Shown in pieces: positions 39,411 to 51,722 of a stretch of 64,000 nt of DNA. The notes under the pieces were generated by a model. That model ran no database searches. It had not been told where the DNA came from and was given only the letters and a program-made list of their open reading frames with translations. Source of the DNA: Octopus vulgaris (taxonomy: Eukaryota); NCBI GenBank assembly GCA_951406725.2, contig OX597817.1, forward strand, positions 73,098,001-73,162,000. The letters run 5' to 3'. Position 1 is the first letter of the stretch. Each line of letters starts with the position of its first letter. Made by a program: the position numbers and the translations under genes.

Positions 39411-39964
39411 CCATCAAAAACAACTGTATAAAGAAGCTACTTTGTAAAACTCTTTGTGTAAATAATCTCTATTATTCCTACATTTATTCTGTCTTCTATG
39501 AGTAAGATATCTCAGCCAACTTCTTTTTTATGTACTTCTTAGTCATTTTTCTATGTTAAATATTTTAAGACAGTCATTAACTCTACTTCATCAAAATCTT
39601 ATTTTCTTTCAATTTTTCTTTTAATATTTCACTAACAAAATCAGGTGGATGATGAAGAGTAAACTAAAAACAAAGTTTCTAATTGTACTTGTAACCATTT
39701 ACATTTCTTGAGAAATTCATTGACATCACACAGTTTTAGTTCCAATTTCCTTCTTTAACAGTAGGTAAAATGCTAGAATAGACAGATGATTAGGATCAAA
39801 TCCTGATGAATTTTACTTTGCTTTTCATCCTTGTGGTTGAGTCAATGAAATAAGCAATTCAAAGGATTATATCCAAATTTTGTTTTAAGTCATTAGTATT
39901 AAAATTTTGATTTTGTCTATCACTTTGCATTCTTTATGAATAAATTTGGTTAATTTACTTTAAG

Positions 39965-40841
39965 TCATCATCATTGTTTAACGTCCGTTTTCCATGTTGG
40001 CATGGGTTGGATGGTTTGACTGGGGATTGGCAAGCCAGGAGGCTGCACCAAGCTCCAATCTGATCTGGTAATGTTTCTATAGCTGAATGCCCTTCCTAAC
40101 GCCAACCACTCCGAGAGTGTAGTGGGGACCCTGTCAAAGGTTTTCTCCCAAGTCAACAAAAGCCAAGTATAGGGATTTATCTTTGGCTAGGTATTTCTCC
40201 TGCAGTTGCTTTACAAGAAATATAACATCAGTGGTGCTTCTACCTAGCACAAAACCAAACTGCATCTCATCTAAGCAGACGCTCTTCCTAATTAGTTGGG
40301 CTGTGACCCTCTCCATGACCTTCATCACTTGATCTAGCAGTTTGATACCCCTGTAGTTCTATTTAAATTATCACCTTTATCTTTGTAGCAGTTGACTATA
40401 GTGCTGTTATGCCAGTCTTTGGGTATGACTTCTTTATGAACTACCTGATTTACAATACAGGTGACTAGACCATAACCCACACCACCAGATATTTTAAGCA
40501 TCTCAGCAGTGATTCTTGATGGGCTGAGGGCTTTTCCTGACTTCATATCCTTAATTGCTTTATCCATCAGGGTGCTATTGATTCAGGGAGCTGGTCCCTC
40601 GACTGGGTCAACATTTCACAGGCTCTCCTCCTCCCATTCATTCTCCACATTCAGCAGCCTTTCATAGTGGCATCTCCAAGCCTCTTTCTTTGCAAAATCA
40701 TTAAAAGTAAGTGCACCACCATCCATGCATACACATTTTTCTCTCACATACTGTCTTGCAATCTGAAATACTTCAGTTCTTTGGTCCTCATGTCACTGAA
40801 CATTGGCAAGATCCTTCTTTTCTGCTTCTCTTTTGGCTGAG
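39965..40841 (-). mobile_element. RTE LINE, internally deleted: linker and RT N-terminal part fused to the 3' tail
   Basis: ORFs 40334-40567 and 40134-40328 give MKSGKALSPSRITAEMLK, IPKDWHNSTIVNCYKDKGD, LDEMQFGFVLGRSTTDVIF and LYLAFVDL/EKTFDRVP. At about 40123 the sequence jumps to the 3' region ending GGAAAACGGACGTTAAACAATGATGATGA. Frameshifts and stops are present. Confidence 0.92.
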
Positions 40842-41061
40842 GTTGTAGAGCAATAATACAAATATTTTTCTGCTAGAATGTGAAGGGGACATTGCTAATG
40901 AGAGGTTTCATATTTTATGGTTTTTTGAAGCAGTGGAATAAGAGAAACCATAAAGCAACAGGTTAAATATACATGGTTTAATACTGTTGGTATTCATAAA
41001 CACCCTCACTAGACGTCTTTTTATCTTTCTTCCTCACCTTCCATAAATAGATAGATAAATA

Positions 41062-42010
41062 CCTTTTCCTTTTTGCTTCTCTCCTTGCTAAATATTCTTG
41101 TCAACTAATTTCTCTTTTAGCTACTGGAATGCTAACCTGATTTTTCCAATCCTTTAGTTACTTCTTTTCACTCTGTCCACTTCAGTGTTCCACCACCACA
41201 TCATCCTTAGTCTGGCTGAACCTTTGCACCAGCCACAGATTTAGTCTGTAGTCTTCAGTAGGTTGTTCCATAAGAACTTCCAGTTGCCCTCTACATTATA
41301 TATCTCTACATCATCATCCTTTTCTTTGTCTTCAGTTATGACTTCTCTCGTTGTTGAATGGATTTTTAAGCTTTCCATCTTCCTTTTCTAGATAGGCTTG
41401 TGTTTCCAAGTCTTTCTAGCACTACATCTGTGGTCACCTTCTACAAAGGGGAAGATTTTGTATTTACAATATGTGTTTCCCACTTTCTGGTGTGAATGCA
41501 ATCAGTCTGGCTTATACCCACCAGACTGATAGGTAATTAGGTGACTGGATGGTTCCTTGAAGTTAGTGTTGCTTGTTGTTTGGTCATTTGCATTACAGAG
41601 CTCAAAGAGCCTTATTCCCTCCATTTCAAGTTCCGAATCCATATCCTACATGCTCAACATGTCCACTGAAGTCACCAGCTATGAAGGCAGGCATCTCAAT
41701 TGAAGAACATAAGCAGATATAAAAGTTGCAGTCATATTTTCCAAGACTAGTCAAGCTTAAGTATTTTACTGCACACTCTGACTACTATGATCTCTTACCC
41801 ATTTTTCTGCTATGAGTATACTTACACCACTCACACTATTATCACTCTTGCCTACCCAGAAGAATTTATACCTATGCACCTTGACATGAGGAATTTGGTT
41901 GAGTTTTCCCTCTATCTTATCTCTTGCATGCAACACACATCTACATGTGTTTGTTCAAGCATTTCAAATACCTCACCAGACATACCTTTCATTGTGGCTA
42001 CCCTAAGTTA
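41062..42010 (-). mobile_element. RTE LINE 5' part: decayed APE endonuclease and linker
   Basis: Minus-strand fragments in the expected order: LRVATMKGMSGEVFEMLEQTHVDVCCMQEIR, AEKWV, FISAY, AGDFSGHV, NTNFKEPSSHLITYQSGG, NWKFLWNNLLKTTD*ICGWCKG..MWWWN and YLARREAK. Confidence 0.85.
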
Positions 42011-45000
42011 CAAAATTGATGGGAAGAGTTTGTTGGGAACTGGAGAACATCTTTCAACATGTGAAAAGAATGTTTGTGGAAATGTTTGCCTGCAGGCAAA
42101 CTGTTCATACACATCAGATATACAAATATTAATATTATCACTGAAGTAAATCATTATTTCTCTAGTTCCTCAAAATTCAGGGCCAGAGAGATAGTTTTAA
42201 AAAAAAAAAAAAAAAAGAAAAAGAAAACTAGCTAGAAGGTATTTTGTGTACAACTGACATTAAGATGGGGTGGTTTGAAAGGGGTAGGAAAACAGAAGGG
42301 AGATTGTAAGCCTGCAAGAGATAATCTTACTTGGAACTTAAAAATAACACATGAAAATTTTTACTTCAAATAAACACTGTGCTTAGATACATACATATTG
42401 CAAAAATTTTAATATATTCTAAAACAGCAAAAGGAGTTTGTCTTAGAGGTTAATGAAAATCTTATTTAGAACTTGAAAATGATGCATGTGGATTTTTAAT
42501 TAAGACAGTATAATGCTTAAATACATACTGAGAATATTAATACATCCTAAAAGAAAATCTATACTATTGGCTATAAATGATTTATGAATGAGAAAATGGG
42601 TTTACATTGACTGAATTAATTATATTACACGTTCATGAGGCGGTGGGAAGCAGTCAGTTAAAAATAAATGAATGCCATATTGGAATACTGTAGTCCAAGA
42701 TACATTATATATCTAGTGGGGGGGGGGACAAAGTAAGGACTGGTCTTGACTGAAACAGTTATTACTTTTGCACTGTTCTTTTCAATATGAATTAAACTGG
42801 AGAGGAACTGTTGTAATTCGTGTATTTAATTCTGGATTCTTCCCCTCACTGTTTATTTTTACATTCATTTTCCCATACTAACTTTCATTTGTTTTATTCC
42901 AGTCTTTTCGTTGTTATTTTTATTAAACCCTAAATATTTGCTATTTGTTGTAGCAGTTGTGCTGTTGGAAAGCACCTGGTATAATTAATCATCAAACTTC
43001 AAAGCAGTAGTGGAACCTGTTTCTCATCTAGGTAGACTCAGTGTCAGACCGTGGTGGAGAAATATAAAAATGTTGGAAAAAATAAGTGGGAAGTTGAAAT
43101 GAGCTCACACACTCGCTCATATACATTCATTCATTCATGCATATCTTTATGTATACATTCATTCTATTTCTTTTATCTCTGTGTGCACGCACACGCACAA
43201 AGGCTGTCTTACTGTCTCTTATCATTTAATGTCTATCTTTCTATCCTGAGATGGTTTGGTCAGAACACACCACATATTGTGGCACTATTCTTCGGCATTT
43301 AGCCAGTCCTGGCCTGTATTTGTGGTTGGTTGCCCTTCTTATTACTGACTGGATGCTTCTATATTGAGTACCTGTGACAGAACTAACAAGTCATCGCCAC
43401 TCTCAATCAGTTTCTATTTAGTTTTACCCTTCATTTCGATTAGTGACTTTTTCTACAACTTGAGGGATCCATGTTCCTTTTTTTTTCTTCCATTTTTTTT
43501 TCTTTTGGTGTGGCTGGATGTATTGTGCCATCAGCAAGAGAGTTTGTCTGCAAGTTACAACTATCATGAATCAATTTTTATTCTGTCACTGTCCTCCCAG
43601 GACAAGTTACCATATATGTATTTGTACTATTTTCCCCCGTCTGTCTTCTCATCATTATTTCCCTCTCTTTCTGCATGTGTATGTTTTATATGATTGCTTC
43701 ATGTTGACAGATGATTAGCCATCTCAATTAATCTTATATCATCCCAATAATCTCCATTAAGTCTGTATCTTCTAAGATGTCTCTTAAGACCAGTAGGTGA
43801 CCTGCAAGGCTTCTAACATATGTGACAGATAAAAATGAAAAAAAAAAAAAAAATTCAAAACTTCTACAGGGTTTATACAGCTTATTTATGGTATGATAAT
43901 CACATGCACTGCTGTGTGCATTTTCAAACCAGTGTTACTCAAATGCTTGTAAATTTGTTAGTTGTTGTTTGATTCCAGCTCAGTGCTCAGCTAGAAAATC
44001 TGTGATCTAATGTGCTTTAGCGATGACCATTTTGTCTTGTTATCCGGCCAATGCATCATGTACTATATTGCCTAATATGTGTGTCCTTTTTTTTTTTTTA
44101 CGATAAGGAAATATCTGAGAATTATGATTTGAAGATAGCAATTTCTTGCTATTTGTAGCAAGTTGAGAATCCACGCTGATGCTTCCTTGTTAACAATGTT
44201 TACATAGATGTTGTTTAGCCTTAGGCAGACCCTGTTCAAACAAGTGTTTGATTGAATTACTTCCAACTATTACTACATTATGCAATGTGTCATTCTATTT
44301 TTAAGGCGGTAATTTGAAAGAAATTTGGTTGCTGTTTCTTGCAAGTCAATCAGTTGTATAGAAGCTTTCTCATTTGTTTGCTTGTTGTTTAACATAAAGT
44401 ATTTGGTAACATAGGCTTCTTCAACTCAGATATTTAAGTATTGCTTGTTAACTAATAGCTATTTAAATTGTTACAGCTTTGTTTCTAAGGAATCATTAGT
44501 TACCAACAAAATGTGGTAAAGTAAATTATACCTACTTAAGTTGCTAAACATTGACTCACATATTATTACTGGGTGTTATTTATACCATAAATTGGGTGCA
44601 AATTAATTTAGTTAAAAATATTGACTTTATTAAGTTATGAAAATGCTTGAAGTTCAGTACTATAAAATTTGCTTATATTTAGAGAATGAAAACAAAAATG
44701 AATTAAAGACAAACTATTATATTACATCATATGTTACACTATTCTTTAGTTTTACTAACAAGATATTTTTAGAATAAGAAGTTAGCTTTTACTATAAAGT
44801 GTACTCTTTAGTCTAGTCACAATAGTCTTTCTTGTGTTAATAATAAAATGTACCCAGTCAACATTGTAAAGTAGTTGGTGTTAGGAAAGGCATCTAACCA
44901 TAGAATTTGTTGTAAAAACAATGGACAGTGGAAACATGGATTTTGTAAGTGTAAATGGAACAGCATATACTCAAATTTTTTGACATGGCTGGAGTAAGCA

Positions 45001-48000
45001 AAGAATATAAATTCCTATGTTTTTGAAATCATCAGGTTTGCCAGAGATCCATTCAACCTACAGAATTGTTAACATTATAACAAAATAGCAGCAATACCAA
45101 ATAGTAACTGATACTGAGTAGAGGGGACTCTTGATTTTACCATAGCTCTCTAGTCCAAGTGGCCCAATAAAATGCATTCGGTTCATGCTGTAAAGTGTAG
45201 GTTGTAGGAAGGACACCCAGCCATGAGAACCTTGTCCAAAAAAATTATCAGCACAACAATAAAGATAAGCGAATTCTCTCTGGTGTGTGTGTGTGTATAA
45301 GTGAGGCAGTATAAGAATTTGCTATGTTTTCTCTGACCATTTCTGGGTGAGAATGACCATTCTTGTTTGCCTGGTGATCTGGCCCAAATTAGACCTCAAG
45401 CAGATTAACTTATTCACCAGTTAGTACACTGCAGCACTGTCCATCAGTATGGACTTACTTCTCCAGTTGATGAGTGGCAAGCTCACTGATGTATCTGGGA
45501 TAATTTCTCTCCTGCTATCTTTGATGTCACAGTCTAGCTTGACTCACTGCATGCCAGTTCAAATATATTACCCTTTAACAGATGTAGCTTCTAAACAGTG
45601 GAGTGAGAATTAGCACATAGAAAAAAGATGAGAAACAACACCACAGTTGATGGGTTAAGCACAAAATATAAAATCTTTCTAAGAAGTAGATGTTCACTTT
45701 GCCACTGAATTGATGCTGTTGTACAATGCTGTTTTCCAGCTTCTGAATATAGCACCATTACCATTTGCCAATCCATGAAGAAGGAGGAAACTCAAACTAA
45801 AAAGTAATGATTTTGTCATCTCATATAGCCAGTAGCGCAGTAGAGTAATATATCCAACAATATTTTGTTTCTTCATTCTTCTATTTCAAAGTTGAAATTG
45901 CACCAAAGTCAACTTTGTTTTTCTTTCATCTATTGGATGTCAAAAAGTAATTGTTCCACTCCATGTGTTTGTAGCTCGATTCAGTCAACTTTATTCTATT
46001 AGTGACTCGCATCAAGCTAGGTCATTCGAGTGTTTGTTCACTTGCAGATTCTCAGATCTCTACTAAAGGCAATTTTCAATGCCAAACTTCACAGAGTTGA
46101 TTGAAACTGTGTATGGTGTGTACCACAGCATGTAGCTGTAAGTATCAGAGATACATATGTCAAACATTTTGTTAACTTGCAGAAAATATGCTCAAATGCT
46201 TTGACAAGCCTGGAACAAATCAGCATTATAAATTGCTTTCATTTATCTTGAAATTATCAGGGTCACCAAGGGTTCATTCTATGTGTAAACATTGTCAACA
46301 ACAAACCTTTTGTGACTGTATTTTTAATGAAATTACACTGCCTTTGTTTCTACTTTGAAAATAATCAAGAATTCAATAAAATAATTCTTATTGCATTTAT
46401 TTCTATCTAGTTTTTAAAACCTAACCAAAAACAGATTATTTCATGAAATTCATGGAAGGTTTTAAATATGAAGCAGGCAGGTTTCTGTCAAGGAACATGG
46501 GTACTGGTGTGGTGAAGGTGCTTAAGGAATTTATTTTGCATTCACATGGTGCTAGGATTGGTTCCATTGTCCTTTACTTTATGCAAGTATCTTCAATGAT
46601 ATCGTTAGTAGATCAGTACCTTGTGAATAGATGATATGTAAGACTGTAGAAACATGTGTATGAATGTTCTCTTTACCAATATATCAGTATAAGATATCAG
46701 TGAGAAAATAGGTCGGAGGCTGATGCATAAATGAAGATTTTTTTTCATCAGATTAGTCACTCTTTTTGTCATTAAAACAGTTTTTAAGTTATTGTGGTGT
46801 AACTCCTGATCAACTTATGAGTGAGCTGCACTTTAAATCATAGTTGTTCCAATCATGATTATTCAGTCTTTTTGCACGTTTAGGATTGCATTGGCCAGTG
46901 TGCCCGTCTTTTTTCTGAGTGGTAGAATGTGATTTGAGGATATTTATAGTTGGTCAAACTACTGTCTTGATGCTGTGTAGTTATTATTCATTAAAATTAG
47001 ATGATCTCCCTACTAATCACTCAGCTGTAAAATTGGGCGTATTTTACATCACTCAGCCAAAACTAAAGCAAGCAAATTTTTTGCTTTTGTTCAATAGTAA
47101 CAGTATGATTGAGGAATACTTCACAAAAACAAATGCTGCAGGTTCACACATGCTACATTGTAAGTTGAAAAACTTATCAACTGAGATTATTTTAATTGTA
47201 GATAGAAACACCCATCAAAAGTCAGTCAATCAGCACCTTAATGTCACACTCATAGTGCTTGGGTTTAGAAAATATGCAAAAGAAATTATTTCTCCTTTAG
47301 TTTTGCCAATTTTTTTTTTTTGTTTTTTTTGTTTTTTTTTGCTAATAAGACAGGAAATTATCTGTCTCAATTTGTGCTGTTTTCTTTTTTTTTTTTTTTC
47401 TTTTTAAGTAGCTGTAGCTGAAGCTAGATATTTCTTCAATTTTTTCAAAGGGGTTGCTTGCATACTAACTCTCTCTGAATCTATATCTGGTTATGTGCTG
47501 CTAGGCATATTTTATTAAGTTATGTTCTAAACACCAGCTTAATGATGGAAAAATTAATTTACTAATTATTTTACTAAAGCCCACTCAATTTAATTATTTT
47601 TCACAATTAATTAAAACATAGATATTGTCTTTCATGAAAAAGATTTTAAGAGTATATTGTCCACTAATTTGAACAGTTAATCATGCTTCAAAATATGATG
47701 CACTTTTATTTCCTATACAATATAATAATGCACTTTTATTTCCCGTTTTTACTGATGTCACATGACAAAACTTTGGAGATGGTTGAAGCAATGTAACACT
47801 GCAATAATTACTTTACTGTATCTACTTCTCTCCTTCCTTGTTCTGAGATCAAATCCTACTGTGGTCAGTATTATTTTCCATTAGAATATTATGATGATAG
47901 TAATGATGAAATTTGCCATCATTGCATCTGGTTTTTAACAGCAATATTATTTTAACTGTTTACATTTCATTTCATCTTATTGTTTATTCAATTAATTCTC

Positions 48001-48561
48001 AATTCTGTTTCTCTTAAACCCAGTCTTCTAATGATCCCCACCCTTACTCTTTAACTTATCTCTCTCTCTAATACTTTCATCACAACTAAATTAAGTACCC
48101 CACATTGTAAGTATATCCAGTCTTCCCAGTCATTTTGTTTGAAAGTGAATAGTATTTCTAGTGCAAATATCAACCTACCTTTAGTACACAAAAGAAAGTT
48201 ATTGTCTGCAAAATAAGTGGTAATCAAACATTTGTGCAGACCATTAACTTAACATGTTTACAATTGTAATATATTTAAATGGTAACCTATGTAAACATTC
48301 ACCTCAATGACAAAGGGGAGTATGTTCAATAACTTCTCTTCTTCGTGCATAATATATGTATTTGTGAAAGTTACATTTCATTATATTATCTCAAGAGTAT
48401 GTAGGATTACTAGCTTACAGGGCTTGGATTCAAATCTACTGTGAGCATTTCATTAAATTTAACTACTTTATGGAATTTACTGCTGTCCTATGTTTTGAGT
48501 TCTAATCTTAGTACTGGAGTTTGATTTGCCTTCCAATCTGTCAGTGGTCCAGTAATGTGCA

Positions 48562-48772
48562 ATAGCTTTTGATACCAAGCCACCTTAGACAGTCCCCTCT
48601 GTTTTTAAAGTGATACGTATAAAACCTTACCATTAAAATTTCATGTTAATTTATGTTCCGAACACCAACTTCACAATGACAAAATTATTTTACTAAATTT
48701 TTTTGTTATTTTCAAAATCTATTGAACCAAAGGCAATGAATTTCAATAGAAATATAGTACCAAATGGTTTAA
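48562..48772. mobile_element. piggyBac-like MITE family B, old copy
   Basis: Colinear with the adjacent young copy (TTATGTTCC...TTATTTTACTAAATT...AAATATAGTACCAAATGGTTTAA). Confidence 0.6.
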
Positions 48773-48903
48773 TAGTCTACTACCCATTTCTTTACAAATC
48801 TGTGAACTCATTTCAGTGTGGGAAATCACTGGAATTGAACCTTTCTGGGCTCTTACATCTTTGCTTAAAAATTTTAAAAAAAAATATTTGATATTTTGTG
48901 GCT

Positions 48904-49131
48904 TTAACCCTTTCGTTACTAACCCGGCTGGAACCGGCCCTGGCTCTGAGTACAAATGTCTTGTTTTCATAAGCTTTGAATTAAAATCTTTCACCAAACC
49001 TTAGTCACAATTAATGTTCCTAACACTAGCTTAATGATAACCAAGTTATTTTACTAAATTCTTTGTTATATTTAAAATAATTGAGAGAAAAACAGAGAAT
49101 CTCAAAATAAATACAGTAATGAAAGGGTTAA
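48904..49131. mobile_element. piggyBac-like MITE family B, young intact copy (220 bp plus TTAA duplications)
   Basis: TTAA|CCCTTTCGTTACT ... AGTAATGAAAGGG|TTAA. The single TIR mismatch is a CG-to-TG change. Internal CpGs are retained. Confidence 0.9.
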
Positions 49132-51532
49132 TCAATTGAAATTTCTTGGACATTTATATTATAAGCATAGCGGGTAGAGGCCAGGACAAGTGAACTTGTG
49201 AAGTTTTTGGACTTTATATCATGAACAAACTGTAGCCTGCAGCACTTTTCAAATGGCATACCTAATAAAAAAAAATATTCTTGAATGGTGTTAGAGTGTG
49301 GCCTACCTGATGAACCAGAACTCATGTGGCACACCTCTTGAGAAAAACAAAATGTTGCCCATGCCTGCTTTATGTTACTGATTGGGAAAAAAATATTTCT
49401 TTTATACCTTCTGTATAAAAAGAAATATTTTTTATACATTATACCTTAAGTCCTGGTGATGGTGTCACATGAAAAGCATCCAGCTGTAGAAATCAAACCA
49501 AAACAGACTATGGAATCTGGTATGCACCCCTGGTCTTGCCAGTTTCTGTCAAGCCATCCAACCCATGTCAGCATAGAAAACAGATGTTGATGTGATACAT
49601 TTTTATAAGACTCACAAATATATTGGTCTGTGCTACACTCAAACACAATCCAAAATGAGAAAAAGAAAAAAATTTGAACTGCTGACATTTTTGTGCCTCT
49701 CTCTCTCATTCCTATATTCATCATGCTAGCTTGGTTGCATCAAATCATCTCAGTTTTCTGTCCTTCATAATAATGGCTTTGAACATTGGCGCAAGACCAC
49801 GAATTTGAACAAGTGGGTGATTATGTATTATCTTCAGTACTTAACTGATATTTTACTTTCCTGACTTTGCCAGAATTTGAACACTGAATGTAAAGGTCCA
49901 TGACTAAATAAATACCACAAGGCAGTTTATCTGACATTCTACTGATTCTGCCAACCTTTGTCTTTCCTGCCCTCATCCTAATAGTAATTTCTTGAAAATA
50001 AGTCCTAGGGTTGATTCATTCAACTAAAAATTCTTCAAGGCAGGGCCCCAGCATGGCTGCAGTCTAATGACTGAAATAAATAAAAGACAGGCACATATCT
50101 GGAATTATTCATTTATTGTTGAGTGAGAGTGGAGAGGGGGGTGATTAATCAACTCCAGTATTTGAGTGGTACTTGATTTGATCAACTTTAGAATGATTGA
50201 ACTTAGAACATAGAGAGCTACAACATATTTTATCTGATACTCTAATGGTTCTGTCAATCCATTGCCATTCATCATAATAGTGACACATCTCTTATTGTCA
50301 TACTATCTCTCTCTCACACACACACACACACTGAGAGAATTTTATATTTGGAATTATTGTTTACCAATCACTTCTACTAACTAAAAACAACTTGTAATGC
50401 AATGATTCATGCTTGTCATATTTCTCTATCACATTTGTTTTTATGTTTTGCCACCACCCCTTTTTCCCCCGACTTTCCTCCCTTAACATTTCATTTATGG
50501 TAGAAATAGAAATTTCTTCATTAATAAAACTGTAGAAAGAGAAAATTCAAAAATAAAAAAAGAAACACAATTTCTATTCATTTTAACACATTTTAGGCTT
50601 TTTATTTATTATAAACTGAAGCTGACCAATAATATTTTATTTTTAGATTTTCTTAAAACTTCATCACATTTTGTTGTTTTTTTAATCATGACTCTGAAGA
50701 TGAATATTTTTTCATCAATTCTTACTTATTCTTGTTCTAATTAATAAATTTTTTTCTGTTTATTTATTACTACACATTCTTTTGTAAAGACAAAACAATG
50801 AAAACTGTTTTTCAAAGAGATTTGTATTCTTAGAAGTCTTGGATCAACATCAGTATAAAACTTTTTCTTTTTCTTCAATATTAAAAAAAAATTTTTTTTT
50901 TTTGTTATCAGCTGTGCTTTTGTTTTCTAAAGTTTCAAAGTATTTTCTTTCATAGTTAAGCATTTATGTGAATACCATATGCTTAATGGAGTTAACTATC
51001 AAAGAGAGGTACATCCTTAAAATTTACTATCAGAATTGAATACATTAAAAAAAATATGAGGTGAAGGGGGGAGTTGGGGCATTGTTCATAACCTTTACAA
51101 ACCCTCTTCCTAGACTGGTTGAGATTGCTATAGTTGATGACATCAGTCAAATGTAATTTGGAAGACATGTTACACCAAAAGTGCATTACATGAATCATGT
51201 TGTGTAACTTGCTGTCTACCTAAGGATACATGAAACTATGTGTGCTGTAATACCGATGCTTTCACTGATAATTTGGATTTACTATCTTAATACCAAAGGA
51301 GGAGGAATGTGTGATTTTCCTGGAAGTATGTGTGAGGAACAGTATATATTTATCTATATTTATTGTAGTTTTCCTTCACCTACACTTGTAATTACATTTG
51401 TGTTAAAAAACATAGAAACCCAAAAGAAATTTTCAACTAAATAAGTTTTTAAAAATTATGATGAGCTGAGACTACAAAAAGAAAAGAAAAACTAATACTA
51501 GTTGTCAGGCAGTGGGTGAGTGAGCACACACA

Positions 51533-51536
<4 letters not shown>

Positions 51537-51577
<41 letters not shown>

Positions 51578-51722
51578 TGTTTCCACAAAGTTTCCATCTA
51601 CCATATTCACTCACAAGACATTCATCAGTCCATGGTTATAATAGAAGACACTTGCCAATGGTGCTGTTTGATCCTGAAACCATATGGTTGCAAAGTGAGC
51701 TTCTTAGCCATAAAGTCATGCC
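51537..51722 (-). mobile_element. (TA)n microsatellite plus CORE-type SINE 5' half
   Basis: Long TA run, then AGTTTCCATCTACCATATTCACTCACAAG...ATAGAAGACACTTGCC...GAAACCATATGGTTGCAAAGTGAGCTTCTTAGCCA, the reverse complement of 59766-59930. Confidence 0.7.

Noticed and set aside
41500-41531. 10-bp inverted repeat ATCAGTCTGG / CCAGACTGAT
   Set aside because: Falls within RTE endonuclease coding remnants (TYQSGG..QID region) and is short enough to be coincidental.
46049-46137. Exon-like segment between TTCACTTGCAG and GTAAGT
   Set aside because: Stops in all three frames and no other support.
46919-47407. 162-aa ORF, the longest non-AEBP2 ORF
   Set aside because: Starts at GTG inside a family D repeat and ends in poly-T-derived Phe runs. 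No domain or convincing exon boundaries.
47698-47743. Short direct repeats with spacers (also 341-362, 52572-52601, 39336-39410)
   Set aside because: Only two units each, typical local duplications in a eukaryotic intron. Not a CRISPR-like array.
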